A stretch of 64,000 nucleotides of DNA, from NCBI GenBank assembly GCA_024763535.1, contig JANTFH010000008.1:1948-65947 (forward strand). The letters run 5' to 3'. Source of the stretch: Thermodesulfobacteriota bacterium (lineage in GTDB: Bacteria > Desulfobacterota > Anaeroferrophillalia > Anaeroferrophillales > Tharpellaceae). Positions 1-9,677 of the stretch are shown here, in pieces. Position 1 is the first letter of the stretch. The number at the start of each line of letters is the position of its first letter. Under the pieces are notes generated by a model, which saw only the letters and a list, made by a program, of their open reading frames with translations, was not told the DNA's origin and ran no database searches. The position numbers were made by a program, and so were the translations under genes.

Positions 1-522
1 ACGGATAAATTTCGTGAAGATCTCTATTACCGGATCGGTGTGGTGACCATAAATCTGCCGCCTCTGCGTGAACGGGGTGAGGATATCACTCTGCTGGCGC
101 AATATTTTCTCAGACGTTTCAGCGATGAGTTCAATCGGAAGCTCAGGGGGTTTACCAGTGATTCCCTGGCGGCCATGTACGATTATCCCTGGCCGGGCAA
201 TGTCCGTGAACTTGAGAATAAGATTAAACGTGCGGTAGTGATGGCCGAGGGCCAGATGGTCGAACCCTGGGATCTCGGATTTGCGGATCGTCCGGCAGGA
301 GCTGTTGAAGATTCATCCGCGGCGGCAGGTGATATCCAGGGCCGGGATGGGGCCCTGCGGATCGCCGGGCTGACAATCAAGGAGGCCCGCACTCTGGTCG
401 AACGGGAGCTGTTACTGGCCGCCATGAAGCAACACGACGGCAATATTGTTTTAACCGCCAAAGACCTGGGTGTCAGCCGTCCGACGCTTTATGATCTTAT
501 GAAAAAACATGGAATGAATTAA
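1..522 (+). CDS. Sigma54-dependent NtrC-family transcriptional regulator, C-terminal part (5' truncated by the window); probably the PEP-CTERM-box response regulator PrsR
   Basis: Frame is open from base 1 (FREDLYYRIG...LPPLRER...YPWPGNVRELEN) and ends in a Fis-type HTH (AKDLGVSRPTLYDLMKK). Lies next to an exosortase-system-type CAAX protease gene. Confidence 0.85.
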   Translation, partial: TDKFREDLYYRIGVVTINLPPLRERGEDITLLAQYFLRRFSDEFNRKLRGFTSDSLAAMYDYPWPGNVRELENKIKRAVVMAEGQMVEPWDLGFADRPAGAVEDSSAAAGDIQGRDGALRIAGLTIKEARTLVERELLLAAMKQHDGNIVLTAKDLGVSRPTLYDLMKKHGMN

Positions 523-530
523 TAACTTTC

Positions 531-643
531 GTAAATTCAGGGGACACAATCCCCGTAAATTCTAAATTCTGGGGACACAATCCCGATTTCCTCCGGAGAA
601 TCGGGTTATGTCCCCAGAATTTACAGAATTTACAGAATTTACA
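531..643. repeat. Palindromic element, family B copy 1, with reiterated termini
   Basis: Core 563-623 TAAATTCTGGGGACACAATCCCGATT-tcctccggag-AATCGGGTTATGTCCCCAGAATTTA. Partial left-arm duplications at 531-562; CAGAATTTA occurs three times in tandem at 615-641. Confidence 0.9.
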
Positions 644-653
644 AGGTGGGGAG

Positions 654-1367
654 ATGGTTGTGAAGGAAAACGGTAAACTGCCGGTCAGTGACGGCTGGGC
701 GCGGATTATTCCTTTTGCCGGGTTTATGCTTTTTATCGGAGTTGAAGAGGGCTTACGTTTTCTGCGCGCACATCATTGGCTCAGTTTTCAGGATCAGACC
801 CTTTTCCTGCTCTACCCGCTGAAAATCCTGATAACCATTATCTTGCTGTTCTGCTTTTACCGGCGTTATGCGGAGTTGAACTGGCGGGATCTTAGCCGGA
901 TTTCCGATACCCTGTTGAGTCTGCTGTTAGGCCTGCTGGTTTTTATTCTGTGGATCAATATGGATTGGGTTTTTACCGCGACGGACAAGGGCGCGGGGTT
1001 TAATCCCACGCTTTTCAGTGATCCGCTGCTCTTTAAGGGCATGGTCGCGGTGCGCCTGGCCGGAGCGGTATTGGTGGTGCCGTTGATAGAAGAGCTCTTC
1101 TGGCGTTCCTTTATGCTGCGTTATCTGATCGATAATGATTTCATGAAAGTTCGCCTGGGTCAGTTTACCTGGTTCTCCTGTCTGGTTTGCGCGGTTCTGT
1201 TCGGTTTGGAACACTATCTTATTTTTGCCGGTATTATGGCCGGTCTGGCCTATAATTTATTGCTGTATCGAAGCAAAAGTATCGTTCAGTGTATCTTTGC
1301 CCATGCGGTTACCAACCTGGCACTGGGGATCTATGTCCTGCAGAGCGGAAGGTGGAGTTTCTGGTAA
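654..1367 (+). CDS. CAAX prenyl protease-related membrane protein (Abi/CPBP family, exosortase/PEP-CTERM-associated type)
   Basis: EELFWR, FGLEH and HAVTN motifs; several TM helices; follows the PrsR-like gene. Confidence 0.85.
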   Translation: MVVKENGKLPVSDGWARIIPFAGFMLFIGVEEGLRFLRAHHWLSFQDQTLFLLYPLKILITIILLFCFYRRYAELNWRDLSRISDTLLSLLLGLLVFILWINMDWVFTATDKGAGFNPTLFSDPLLFKGMVAVRLAGAVLVVPLIEELFWRSFMLRYLIDNDFMKVRLGQFTWFSCLVCAVLFGLEHYLIFAGIMAGLAYNLLLYRSKSIVQCIFAHAVTNLALGIYVLQSGRWSFW

Positions 1368-1408
1368 TTGAAGCTGTCTTGATGCTTTGTGTCGTCCGAA
1401 CACTTTGA

Positions 1409-1840
1409 TTATTTTTTCGTCAGCTGCTGGTATTCGAAGTTATATCTGATGTAGCTGGATAACTCCGGCGCTATATATTTACCCACCTTTTTCCAGTTTA
1501 CGCAGGGCCTTCTGAATCCCTTAGGGTGAATCAGGGGGCAGCCTACGGCCGCGTCATCGATGTAAAAATGGGCGAAGGGTTTGGGACTGTCACTCCAGCC
1601 GTTTTGTGAGGGATTTTTATTTACTCCATATAGTTCAACCCCGTTTTCTTTTAAGTAGTTAACGGCCTCGGTTAAAATATTTCCATGTTTTGGGCCGTCC
1701 GAGCGCATCGTGAAAAGAATCAGTTTGGCTCCCATCTCGTTAAATTTCGTCAACCATTTGATCGCGTGAGGTACCGGCTGACCTATTTTAGGCAGAGCGT
1801 GATCAACAATAGTTCCATCGAAATCTACACATATATACAT
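1409..1840 (-). CDS. Small capless HAD-superfamily phosphatase-like protein (BT0820-like)
   Basis: N-terminal VDFDGTIV motif, FTMR, KP...YIDD. Confidence 0.7.
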   Translation of the reverse strand: MYICVDFDGTIVDHALPKIGQPVPHAIKWLTKFNEMGAKLILFTMRSDGPKHGNILTEAVNYLKENGVELYGVNKNPSQNGWSDSPKPFAHFYIDDAAVGCPLIHPKGFRRPCVNWKKVGKYIAPELSSYIRYNFEYQQLTKK

Positions 1841-1921
1841 CGAAAATGCTCCTAAACTGCGGATAAGCTGAATACTACAAACTTTATAGAATATGTTGTT
1901 CCTGATGTCTATAGATAAAGT

Positions 1922-2028
1922 GAATTCGGGGAAATTCTGGGGACATAACCTGATTCTCCGCAGGAAATCAGGATTGTGTCCCCAGAATTTTCCCAGAATT
2001 TCGGAATTTCCCCAGATTTTCAGAATTT
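1922..2028. repeat. Palindromic element, family B copy 2 (inverted relative to copy 1), with reiterated termini
   Basis: Core 1932-1990 AAATTCTGGGGACATAACCTGATT-ctccgcagga-AATCAGGATTGTGTCCCCAGAATTT is the reverse complement of the copy 1 core with 3 substitutions. Followed by four degenerate (CCC)AGAATTT reiterations. Confidence 0.9.
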
Positions 2029-2153
2029 GAATCCTTTTGAAAACTGTTGACGTCCGGCTACTATTCTGATATTCCTGATAAAATTGTAAAGGTATTCTTT
2101 AAGGGTAGTCTTAACCTTTTATAATTGACGGTAATTTATCCGGGTTTTTTAAT

Positions 2154-2819
2154 ATGGTTCAATCTGATTCTCTAAACGCGGCGGACTGGCTGATCTATAT
2201 CGCCGGTTCGGCCAAGCTGCAGGGTGAACTCCTGGCGGTTTTTATCGAAAAAGAGACCGGTTTGCCCTGTCGGATCGAGAAAACCCGGAATATGTTTCCT
2301 GCCCGCCTGGTGCCTAAACGGCGCTCGATTATTTTCAGTGATTGTTGTAATCGCCCGGCAAAGGAAATTATTGCCGGGATGCGGGAATGCAGCTACCGGA
2401 GCCGGTCGGATGTTTTTATAATTCTTTTTAATCTCGATAACTCGTTAAAGATTGAAGATGAACTGCTGGAGTTGGGTCTCTGGGGAATTTTCTACGAAGA
2501 GGATCCACTGGAAAATATGCCTTTAGGGGTTGAGGCCATATGCAAAGGTGAAATCTGGCTTTCACGGCAGGTGATGAGCAGTTGTCTGATTAATATGCAG
2601 CGTCACAATATCAGTCAGCAAAGTGATGAAAAAAACATGCTGACAGTACGTGAACGTGAAGTTCTTGTATTACTGAGAGAAGGGTCCGGCAACCATGACA
2701 TTGCCGCGACCATGAATATCAGTATCCATACGGTTCGTTCACATCTCTATCATATCTTTAAGAAGATCGGCGTTTCCAGTCGTTATCAAGCCTCTATCTG
2801 GGCTAACCGCCATCTGTAG
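2154..2819 (+). CDS. LuxR-family (CsgD-like) transcriptional regulator with a degenerate receiver domain
   Basis: C-terminal LTVREREVL...NHDIAATMNISIHTVRSHLYHIFKKIGV HTH; GEIWLSR linker. Confidence 0.85.
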   Translation: MVQSDSLNAADWLIYIAGSAKLQGELLAVFIEKETGLPCRIEKTRNMFPARLVPKRRSIIFSDCCNRPAKEIIAGMRECSYRSRSDVFIILFNLDNSLKIEDELLELGLWGIFYEEDPLENMPLGVEAICKGEIWLSRQVMSSCLINMQRHNISQQSDEKNMLTVREREVLVLLREGSGNHDIAATMNISIHTVRSHLYHIFKKIGVSSRYQASIWANRHL

Positions 2820-2834
2820 AACTTCTTTCCCTTT

Positions 2835-5800
2835 TTACCCCATTTTTATAAGTTCCAGCAGCTCTTTGGTTGAGAAACGGGCGCTCTGGTCAGAGGCGGT
2901 CAGGATCTGATCGGCGAGGTTGCGTTTTTCCTGATGCAGGCGGACGATCTTCTCTTCAATTGAGGTCTTGGTGATCAGCCGGTAGACGGTTACCGGGCGG
3001 GTCTGGCCGATGCGGTGGGCCCGATCCGAGGCCTGATCTTCGATCGCCGGGTTCCACCAGGGATCAAGGTGGAGAACGTAGTCGGCGGCCGTCAGGTTGA
3101 GACCCAGACCGCCGGCTTTCAGACTGATCAGGAAGAGATCGGAGCGGCCCTCTTGAAAAGCGTTGATCTCATCCTCGCGTTTAGCTTTCGGGGTAGAGCC
3201 GTCAAGGTAGCGGTAGCTGATATCGCGGTTGTCGAGATAGGCGCGAATCAGATTTAAGTGTTTGACAAACTGGCTGAAGACCAGGGCCTGGTGATTTCCG
3301 GCGGCAAGATCGTCGATTATCCGGCCGAAGAGTTCAAGCTTGGCACTCTCAATCTGACTTTCGGGTTCAATCAGCCTGGGGTTGCAGGCGGCCAGCCGCA
3401 GCCGGGTCAGTTCCGCCAGTACCTGAATTGAGGGGCCGGCTCCGGTTTTTCTGTCGCTGGCTTCCTCGAGGCGGTCGATCGCCTGGCGTCTCACGGCCTC
3501 GTAGAAGTTGCGTTCAGCTTCGCTCATCTTGACTTCAAGCATAATTTCAGTTCGTTCCGGCAGCTCTTTTAAGACCTGACTTTTGAGCCGGCGCAGAATG
3601 AAGGGTTTGATCAGTTTGCGTAGATGTTCGCGGGCTTCATGGTCATTATTCTGCTCAATCGGCAGGGCAAAACGTTTGCTGAACTGTTTCAGGGAGCCGA
3701 GCAGACCCGGATTGATAAAATTAAACAGGTTCCAGAGTTCTCCCAGATGATTTTCCATCGGGGTGCCGGTCGTAATCAGGCGAAAGCGGCCGGATAAGCT
3801 CATCGCCGCTTGTGAACGTTTGGTGTTCATGTTTTTTATCGCCTGGGCTTCATCTAAGACAATTACCTCCCACTCCCGGCCGGCGATAAGCCGGCGCTCC
3901 TGCTGCAGCATGGTGTAGCTGCAGATCATCAAATCGAAAGGCTGCAGACCGTTGATAATCTCCTGCCGTTCCGTACCGCCGAACTGAATAGGGTTTAATT
4001 TTGGAGCAAAGCGGGCGCACTCCTTGAACCAGTTGGCACATACCGAAGTTGGAGCGACCACCAGGGTCGGGCCGTTTGCTGCCCGGGTCAGGATCAGAGC
4101 CAGGGTCTGCACCGTTTTACCCAAACCCATATCATCGGCCAGACAGGCTCCGAAACCGAGGTAGGCCAGTTTGGCAAGCCAGTTAAAACCTTCAATCTGG
4201 TAGCTTCTGAGCTCAATCTGCAGACTGTCCGGGAGAATCGGAGTAAACTCAGCCGCTTTTTTGAAGTGTTCCATCTGTTTATGCCAGAGTCTGTCGTATT
4301 GCACCTGGCTGAAATTTTCAATAATACTGGAGACGCCGTTTATTGCTCCCCGGTGCAGTTTCAGACCGCTTTCTTCTTCATCTTCCTGCAGGTAGAGGCT
4401 GAGTTCCAAAAGCCTCTCCCGCAGCTGTTCCGTTAAACTGATAAATTCTCCCTCAGCCAGTTTCAGAAAACGTCCGGGGCCGGAGCGGCTCTGTTGCAGC
4501 AGTTTCTGCAGGGTAACAACCTCATTCTCATCGACCTGAAGTTCGCCCTCTATCTTGAACCAGTCCTGACGGGACTCAACCCTTAACTTAAAAGCCGAAC
4601 CCTGAACCTTTCTTTTCAGACTGATCTTCTCCCCCGCCGGCCACTCACAGATAAGCCAGTTATCGCCTTCATTCTCGATCAGTTCGTTTTGAAAGTCCTG
4701 AATCTCCGCCAGGGTGTTTAAGCACTCTTCAAGATTATCGATCTGCCAGTGAAAATCCGGATAGTCGCCGGTAAAGGCGGAACAGGCCATGAGCAGCCGC
4801 CGGGTACGTTCTGATTCAAGCTCCAGGTTACGATTTGCAGAGCAGCTTCGATCCGCAATTTTCAGGAGCAGATGCCGGGGGCCGCGGCCGGGAGTAAGGG
4901 CCGGGCCGGATGCTTCCAGAGGCTTGACCTTAAGATCGAAGATGAGGCCGTCTCCGGTTGGAAATATTTGCAGATAGAGCCGGCTCGAGTCAGCTTCGGC
5001 GGCACTTTCGTCAATCACATAATCGTGGTTCGGATCGGGATCGAGATCCGAGAATATCGGCAGGGTGGCGGCCAGATCCCTGATGGTTGCGAGAATCTCT
5101 TCCTCCGCTTCCAGCGGCAGGGTCAGTCCTTTTTCCCCGAGGAGCCGGGCAATATTGTTGATCTCTCTACTGCTTGAGTAAAAATTGAAGCGATTTTCCG
5201 ATTCCTCCGTAACCATAAAGTCACGGCCTTTCAGATCAGGTTCCAGGCGAATTGTAAAGCTTGCTTCAAAGTCGGAATCCCGGCTGATGATAACCGTAAC
5301 CTGAGCCTGGTTTAAAATTACCGGTATCCGGGGTTTGTCACTGCGGAAAATATAGGGGTGGCCGGCCAGCTCCTGTAAAATATGCTTCTGCTCGGGAGTT
5401 GCATCAATATCTGCGGCAGCTTTTTCGGTCTTACGGATGGCGGCGCAGATTCGGCGATCCTGAGGGCTGAAAAAGGGCAGTTCATCTCCGTTTGTAATCC
5501 GCTCGAAGGCCAGATTACGTCCTGTAGTCCAGGAGTTGTCGAGGTTTCGTTTCTGGATCTTCGGGGTCAGTTGCAGTGAGTGATCCCGGTTTATATGTAC
5601 GAACCAGGCCAGACGGTTGGCGGGCCTGTCTGCGGTCGCCGGACTGGTTGCATGCGGGTCCGGGGTCGCCTGGCGGATGGCATTCAGAGTGCGGCGCCAG
5701 GCCGGTTCGAAATTGATGGCCGGGGCCAGCGCCTTAAGCTGTGCCTCCATGGGAGAGACGGGATCTTTCCCTTGATTATCAGTGTCCGGGTTCAGAAGAA

Positions 5801-7046
5801 CCGCACTTTCCAGGGCAATCCAGGGGAAATTGTGTTTTTCCGCCGTCAGTTTGAGCTGCTTGAGTTTTTTCCTCTCTTCATCTTCAATGCTGCCGGTGAG
5901 CCAGTAGGAAACAAGATTATTCAGCAGGGTGAAGATCGATCTCCCCGGTCTCTTTTCAACCTTTTCCAAGCTCTCGCGGGCGGCTTCGGAAAAACCGCGG
6001 AAGAAATGGAGCAGAACTTCCGCCAACCGGAAGAGATCCCGGGTGAAAGGGTTGTAGGCAAACTCCTGCTCGCCGATTTTCAGGATATCCGCCACCTTTT
6101 CCCAGTCGGTTGCGGTTTGAATGTGGCCGGCGGTAATCGTGTAAAAGAGAGCAATAGGGGCGTCAAAAGCGGCGGTTTTGCCGGGGTTGAGTTTATAAGT
6201 GAAGTCGAGATCGTCGGCAAATTCTCCGGCCGCCGCCGCGAGATCGCCTTCTAAGACCAGCATGGCTCCTTTCAGCCCGCTGCCGTAAAACATTTGCGTA
6301 TGTTGCTGATAGAGCTCTTCAAGTTCATTCAGGCGGCCGCTTAACAGCAGCTTGTGGGCATAGAGCAGAACGAACGGACGGCTCGAGGCCTTCTCAGCGG
6401 GAAACTGATCTTTGATAAATTCATCGAGAACCTGAGTCTCCTGCAGATCTTCGAGAGAGTGGGTGATGGCGTCATCAATCACCGTAAACTGGAAGGGCAG
6501 CGGCAGTTTCAAGAACCATTTCCGGTCAAAAGGGTAGATCGTCAGGGCGGCGTAGGGATGTCGGAAAAGTGGATTGTAAGCGGCCTGATAGAAGATTGGC
6601 AGAGCTTTCTGCAGGCTTTCGTGATCGTGACTGAAGAGCGCCAGGCGAAAGTCGCGCAGGGTTTTTGCCGGCAGGTTGAAATCGTTTTCAGCCTGAGGCC
6701 CACTGTCAATGTAGGAGGAACGGATAAGCTGGCGGCAGAGATCCAGAGTTCTTTTGTCGAGCGGCCGGCGGGCGGTCTCTTCCAGCAGTTCCGGGTGGCA
6801 TCGGTTGTGATTGTCGATCAACTCAAGTTTAAAAAGTTTGCGATGTATCTGGTCAACCCGGGACCGCTTCCAGCTAAAGGGGCTGGCGGGCGCCTTAAAC
6901 AGGGCTTGAACAATCCTGAAAAGTTCATCTTTAGGAGTATCACTGTCTAATAGGGCGGTGATCTGAAGAAATAACTTTTCTTCCTGGTCAAGCTTTTTGA
7001 AGAGGGCCTTCGGCGAGTTGTCGTCGACATGTGAATTGTCAGGCAT
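2835..7046 (-). CDS. Large SNF2/SWI2-family helicase-like ATPase
   Basis: LRSYQ, LADDMGLGKT, DEAQ, TGTPMENHL, SLKAGGLGLNLT, DPWWNP and RAHRIGQ motifs. Confidence 0.92.
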   Translation of the reverse strand: MPDNSHVDDNSPKALFKKLDQEEKLFLQITALLDSDTPKDELFRIVQALFKAPASPFSWKRSRVDQIHRKLFKLELIDNHNRCHPELLEETARRPLDKRTLDLCRQLIRSSYIDSGPQAENDFNLPAKTLRDFRLALFSHDHESLQKALPIFYQAAYNPLFRHPYAALTIYPFDRKWFLKLPLPFQFTVIDDAITHSLEDLQETQVLDEFIKDQFPAEKASSRPFVLLYAHKLLLSGRLNELEELYQQHTQMFYGSGLKGAMLVLEGDLAAAAGEFADDLDFTYKLNPGKTAAFDAPIALFYTITAGHIQTATDWEKVADILKIGEQEFAYNPFTRDLFRLAEVLLHFFRGFSEAARESLEKVEKRPGRSIFTLLNNLVSYWLTGSIEDEERKKLKQLKLTAEKHNFPWIALESAVLLNPDTDNQGKDPVSPMEAQLKALAPAINFEPAWRRTLNAIRQATPDPHATSPATADRPANRLAWFVHINRDHSLQLTPKIQKRNLDNSWTTGRNLAFERITNGDELPFFSPQDRRICAAIRKTEKAAADIDATPEQKHILQELAGHPYIFRSDKPRIPVILNQAQVTVIISRDSDFEASFTIRLEPDLKGRDFMVTEESENRFNFYSSSREINNIARLLGEKGLTLPLEAEEEILATIRDLAATLPIFSDLDPDPNHDYVIDESAAEADSSRLYLQIFPTGDGLIFDLKVKPLEASGPALTPGRGPRHLLLKIADRSCSANRNLELESERTRRLLMACSAFTGDYPDFHWQIDNLEECLNTLAEIQDFQNELIENEGDNWLICEWPAGEKISLKRKVQGSAFKLRVESRQDWFKIEGELQVDENEVVTLQKLLQQSRSGPGRFLKLAEGEFISLTEQLRERLLELSLYLQEDEEESGLKLHRGAINGVSSIIENFSQVQYDRLWHKQMEHFKKAAEFTPILPDSLQIELRSYQIEGFNWLAKLAYLGFGACLADDMGLGKTVQTLALILTRAANGPTLVVAPTSVCANWFKECARFAPKLNPIQFGGTERQEIINGLQPFDLMICSYTMLQQERRLIAGREWEVIVLDEAQAIKNMNTKRSQAAMSLSGRFRLITTGTPMENHLGELWNLFNFINPGLLGSLKQFSKRFALPIEQNNDHEAREHLRKLIKPFILRRLKSQVLKELPERTEIMLEVKMSEAERNFYEAVRRQAIDRLEEASDRKTGAGPSIQVLAELTRLRLAACNPRLIEPESQIESAKLELFGRIIDDLAAGNHQALVFSQFVKHLNLIRAYLDNRDISYRYLDGSTPKAKREDEINAFQEGRSDLFLISLKAGGLGLNLTAADYVLHLDPWWNPAIEDQASDRAHRIGQTRPVTVYRLITKTSIEEKIVRLHQEKRNLADQILTASDQSARFSTKELLELIKMG

Positions 7047-7049
7047 TAC

Positions 7050-8117
7050 TTAAATATTCCAGGGGTGCGGTAAAAATAGTTTTTCGTATAGTGAGAAAGC
7101 GTAACGATCAGTCATGCTGGCGATAAAGTCGCGCAGATTATCTTCCAGGGATACATCATCAATATAGGCCGGATAGTATCTTTCACGCAATTCATTCGGG
7201 TGCTCAATGAAATATTTGTAGATCTCTTCCAGCAGGCGGCTGGCCTTGCTGAAATCGCGATAGACAATCGGGCTTTCGTAGACGTTGGTAAAGAGAAATT
7301 CCCGCAGTTCGGTTATCGCGTCAAGGATAGCGGGTGATATCTGCAGCTCGCCGGGGTTTTTGCGGCTGACGTCGATAATATCGGTAACCATGGTGTTGAT
7401 TCGCTGGGGATGGGTCAGGCCCAGAATTTTACGGCAGTTAACCGGGATTTCATCCCTGGAGATCGCCTGGGCCCTGATGGCATCGTCGAGATCGTGATTG
7501 ACATAGGCGATAATGTCGGCCAGGCGGACGATGCGGCCTTCCAGGGTTATGGCGGTATGCTCCAGAGCCGGTGAGAGAATGGCCCCTTTCCCTTTCGAGT
7601 GTTTAAAGATGCCGTCCCGCACCTCGAAACTGAGATTGAGTCCGGCCCCCTCTTTTTCGAGAATATCAACCACTCTCAGACTCTGCTCAAAATGGTGAAA
7701 ACCATCGGGATGGAGGCGGTTTAAGACCGCTTCGCCGGCGTGACCGAACGGGGTGTGGCCGAGGTCGTGTCCTAAAGCGATGGCTTCGGTTAAATCTTCA
7801 TTTAAGAACAGAGCCTTAGCGATGGTCCGGGCGATCTGGGAGACCTCGAGAGTATGTGTCAGGCGGGTCCGGTAGTGATCGCCGCTCGGGGTCAGGAACA
7901 CCTGGGTTTTATATTTAAGCCGGCGAAAGGCCTTCGAGTGGATAATCCGGTCGCGGTCATGCTGGTAGGCCATGCGATAGTCGCATTCGCTCTCTTGCTT
8001 GAGCCGGCCACGGGAATCGGCACTGAAAGCGGCGAAAGGAGCTAAGAGGCTCCTTTCGCGCTGCTCTAACTCACAGCGTACAATGATTGTCGGATTTATG
8101 TCGGGCTCAGCGTTCAT
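7050..8117 (-). CDS. dgt: Deoxyguanosinetriphosphate triphosphohydrolase (dGTPase, HD family)
   Basis: [41 protein letters not shown]. Start moved to ATG 8117, which overlaps the end of the citrate synthase gene; the ORF-track extension to 8375 looks spurious. Confidence 0.9.
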   Translation of the reverse strand: MNAEPDINPTIIVRCELEQRERSLLAPFAAFSADSRGRLKQESECDYRMAYQHDRDRIIHSKAFRRLKYKTQVFLTPSGDHYRTRLTHTLEVSQIARTIAKALFLNEDLTEAIALGHDLGHTPFGHAGEAVLNRLHPDGFHHFEQSLRVVDILEKEGAGLNLSFEVRDGIFKHSKGKGAILSPALEHTAITLEGRIVRLADIIAYVNHDLDDAIRAQAISRDEIPVNCRKILGLTHPQRINTMVTDIIDVSRKNPGELQISPAILDAITELREFLFTNVYESPIVYRDFSKASRLLEEIYKYFIEHPNELRERYYPAYIDDVSLEDNLRDFIASMTDRYAFSLYEKLFLPHPWNI

Positions 8118-9516
8118 CGATAGGGGTGAATTCCTGGTTGAAGGCACCCGTGTAAAGAGCCCGGGGGCGGAAAATCCGGTTTTTCTGAATGTACTCCAAA
8201 ACCCGGGCCGTCCAGCCCGCAACCCGGCTGACCGCAAAGAGCGGGGTGAACATTGCCGGATCGATACCGAGACGGGTGTAGACCACGCCGGAGTAGTAAT
8301 CGACATTGGGAAAAATATTTTTGTCTTGAGAAAGGGCTTCCACCACCTCATGTTCAACCTGTTCGGCCGTCGCAATCAGGTTCTGGATATCGCTGCTGCA
8401 GCCGGAACAGTGAAATTTTGCCAGAGGGCCGAGAATTCTGGCTCTGGGGTCGTAGGTGTTGTAGACCCGGTGACCGAAGCCCGGAATCTTCTCTTTTTTG
8501 TCCAGACTCTCTTTGACCCAGGCCGCGGCATTTTCCGAAGTGCCGACATTATGCAGGGTATGAAGAACCCGTTCATTGGCGCCGCCGTGCAGGGGGCCGT
8601 TTAAGGCGGCAATCCCGGAACCGACGGAGAAATAGATATCCGACATGGTCGAAGCAACCACCATTGAGGCAAAGGTGCTGGCGTTCATGCCGTGATCAGC
8701 ATGGAGAATCAGAGCCACATCTAAAACCCGTTCTTCAATCGGGGTCGGCCTCCGGCCGTTCATCATGTAAAAGATGTTGCCGGCATGACTCAGCTCGTTC
8801 AAAGGCTCGTAAGGCATCAGACCGTGCCGCAACCGGGCGATCGCGGCCGTAATTGTCGGCACGCCGGCGATCAGGTGATAACAGGCCTCAAGGCCGCTGG
8901 CATCATCGCGGTCGGATTTCCTTCTTTTTCGTGGTTTTTTCTTTTTGAATTCATAGATGGCGCGTCTTTCACCGCTCGGTTTGGTCTCCATGGCGATCGA
9001 ATCTTCATCGGCACTGATGGCGTCATCAAGGGTCGGTTTAGCCTCCTCGTGGTCCAGGCTGGTAAACTCCTGGCGCATGAAGATCGTGCCCATTCTCAAA
9101 GCCGCCATGGCGTTCATATCCTCGACCGGAAAGCTCATCAAAAGGCGCAGGGTTTTATTCATATGCCGGTAGTTGGTAAGTTTTGCCTCAAAATCACTAA
9201 GCTCCCGGCTGCTGGGCAGATAGCCGTGCAGGAGCAGGAAAGAGACCTCCTCGTAAGTTGAATAAGCGCAAAGTTCAAAGATGTCATAACCCCGGTAGGA
9301 GAGCAGGCCGGCTGAGCCGTTGACGTATCCGACCTTGGATTCACAGGCGATGGCTCCTTCTAGTCCGGGGCCGATGGTACAGTCGATCGGCCACTTGGCA
9401 GCTTTCCCGGTTGCCGCCTGTTTGCCGACGGGGCCGATCTCGGCCCGGGCTTTTGCGGCGGCATTAAGAATAAGTTCGGTAATTTCAGTTGTATCTTGAT
9501 GTCTGTCGCGGTTCAT
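8107..9516 (-). CDS. Citrate synthase / 2-methylcitrate synthase family, with N-terminal extension and internal charged insertion
   Basis: [35 protein letters not shown] and PNVDY catalytic motifs are intact. Confidence 0.9.
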   Translation of the reverse strand: MNRDRHQDTTEITELILNAAAKARAEIGPVGKQAATGKAAKWPIDCTIGPGLEGAIACESKVGYVNGSAGLLSYRGYDIFELCAYSTYEEVSFLLLHGYLPSSRELSDFEAKLTNYRHMNKTLRLLMSFPVEDMNAMAALRMGTIFMRQEFTSLDHEEAKPTLDDAISADEDSIAMETKPSGERRAIYEFKKKKPRKRRKSDRDDASGLEACYHLIAGVPTITAAIARLRHGLMPYEPLNELSHAGNIFYMMNGRRPTPIEERVLDVALILHADHGMNASTFASMVVASTMSDIYFSVGSGIAALNGPLHGGANERVLHTLHNVGTSENAAAWVKESLDKKEKIPGFGHRVYNTYDPRARILGPLAKFHCSGCSSDIQNLIATAEQVEHEVVEALSQDKNIFPNVDYYSGVVYTRLGIDPAMFTPLFAVSRVAGWTARVLEYIQKNRIFRPRALYTGAFNQEFTPIDER

Positions 9517-9677
9517 GTTATCTCTCTCCTCACACTAAATACTGATTATCACAAAGGCCGCCTCTTTTTTAATAATTGTTTCGGTCTCTGGTTTTTTCGC
9601 ACTCTGTTAAAATGGCGGGCCAAAAGGGGAACTTATTATATTTTTTATGTTTTTGTCAAGTATTTATTGTTACATGA

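Noticed and set aside
615-641. CAGAATTTA tandem units as a CRISPR array
   Set aside because: Units are 9 bp with no unique spacers, and there are no cas genes; they are reiterations of the palindrome end.
1868-1878. CTGAATACTAC as another family A terminus
   Set aside because: Single degenerate half-site with no partner; chance cannot be excluded.
5580-6950. Long antisense ORFs (e.g. 5580-6254, 6354-6950, 14987-15760, 43762-44574, 50248-50892)
   Set aside because: Shadow frames opposite well-supported genes, with no motifs.
8118-8375. N-terminal extension of the dGTPase ORF
   Set aside because: Overlaps the citrate synthase gene in another frame; dGTPase-like sequence begins after ATG 8117.
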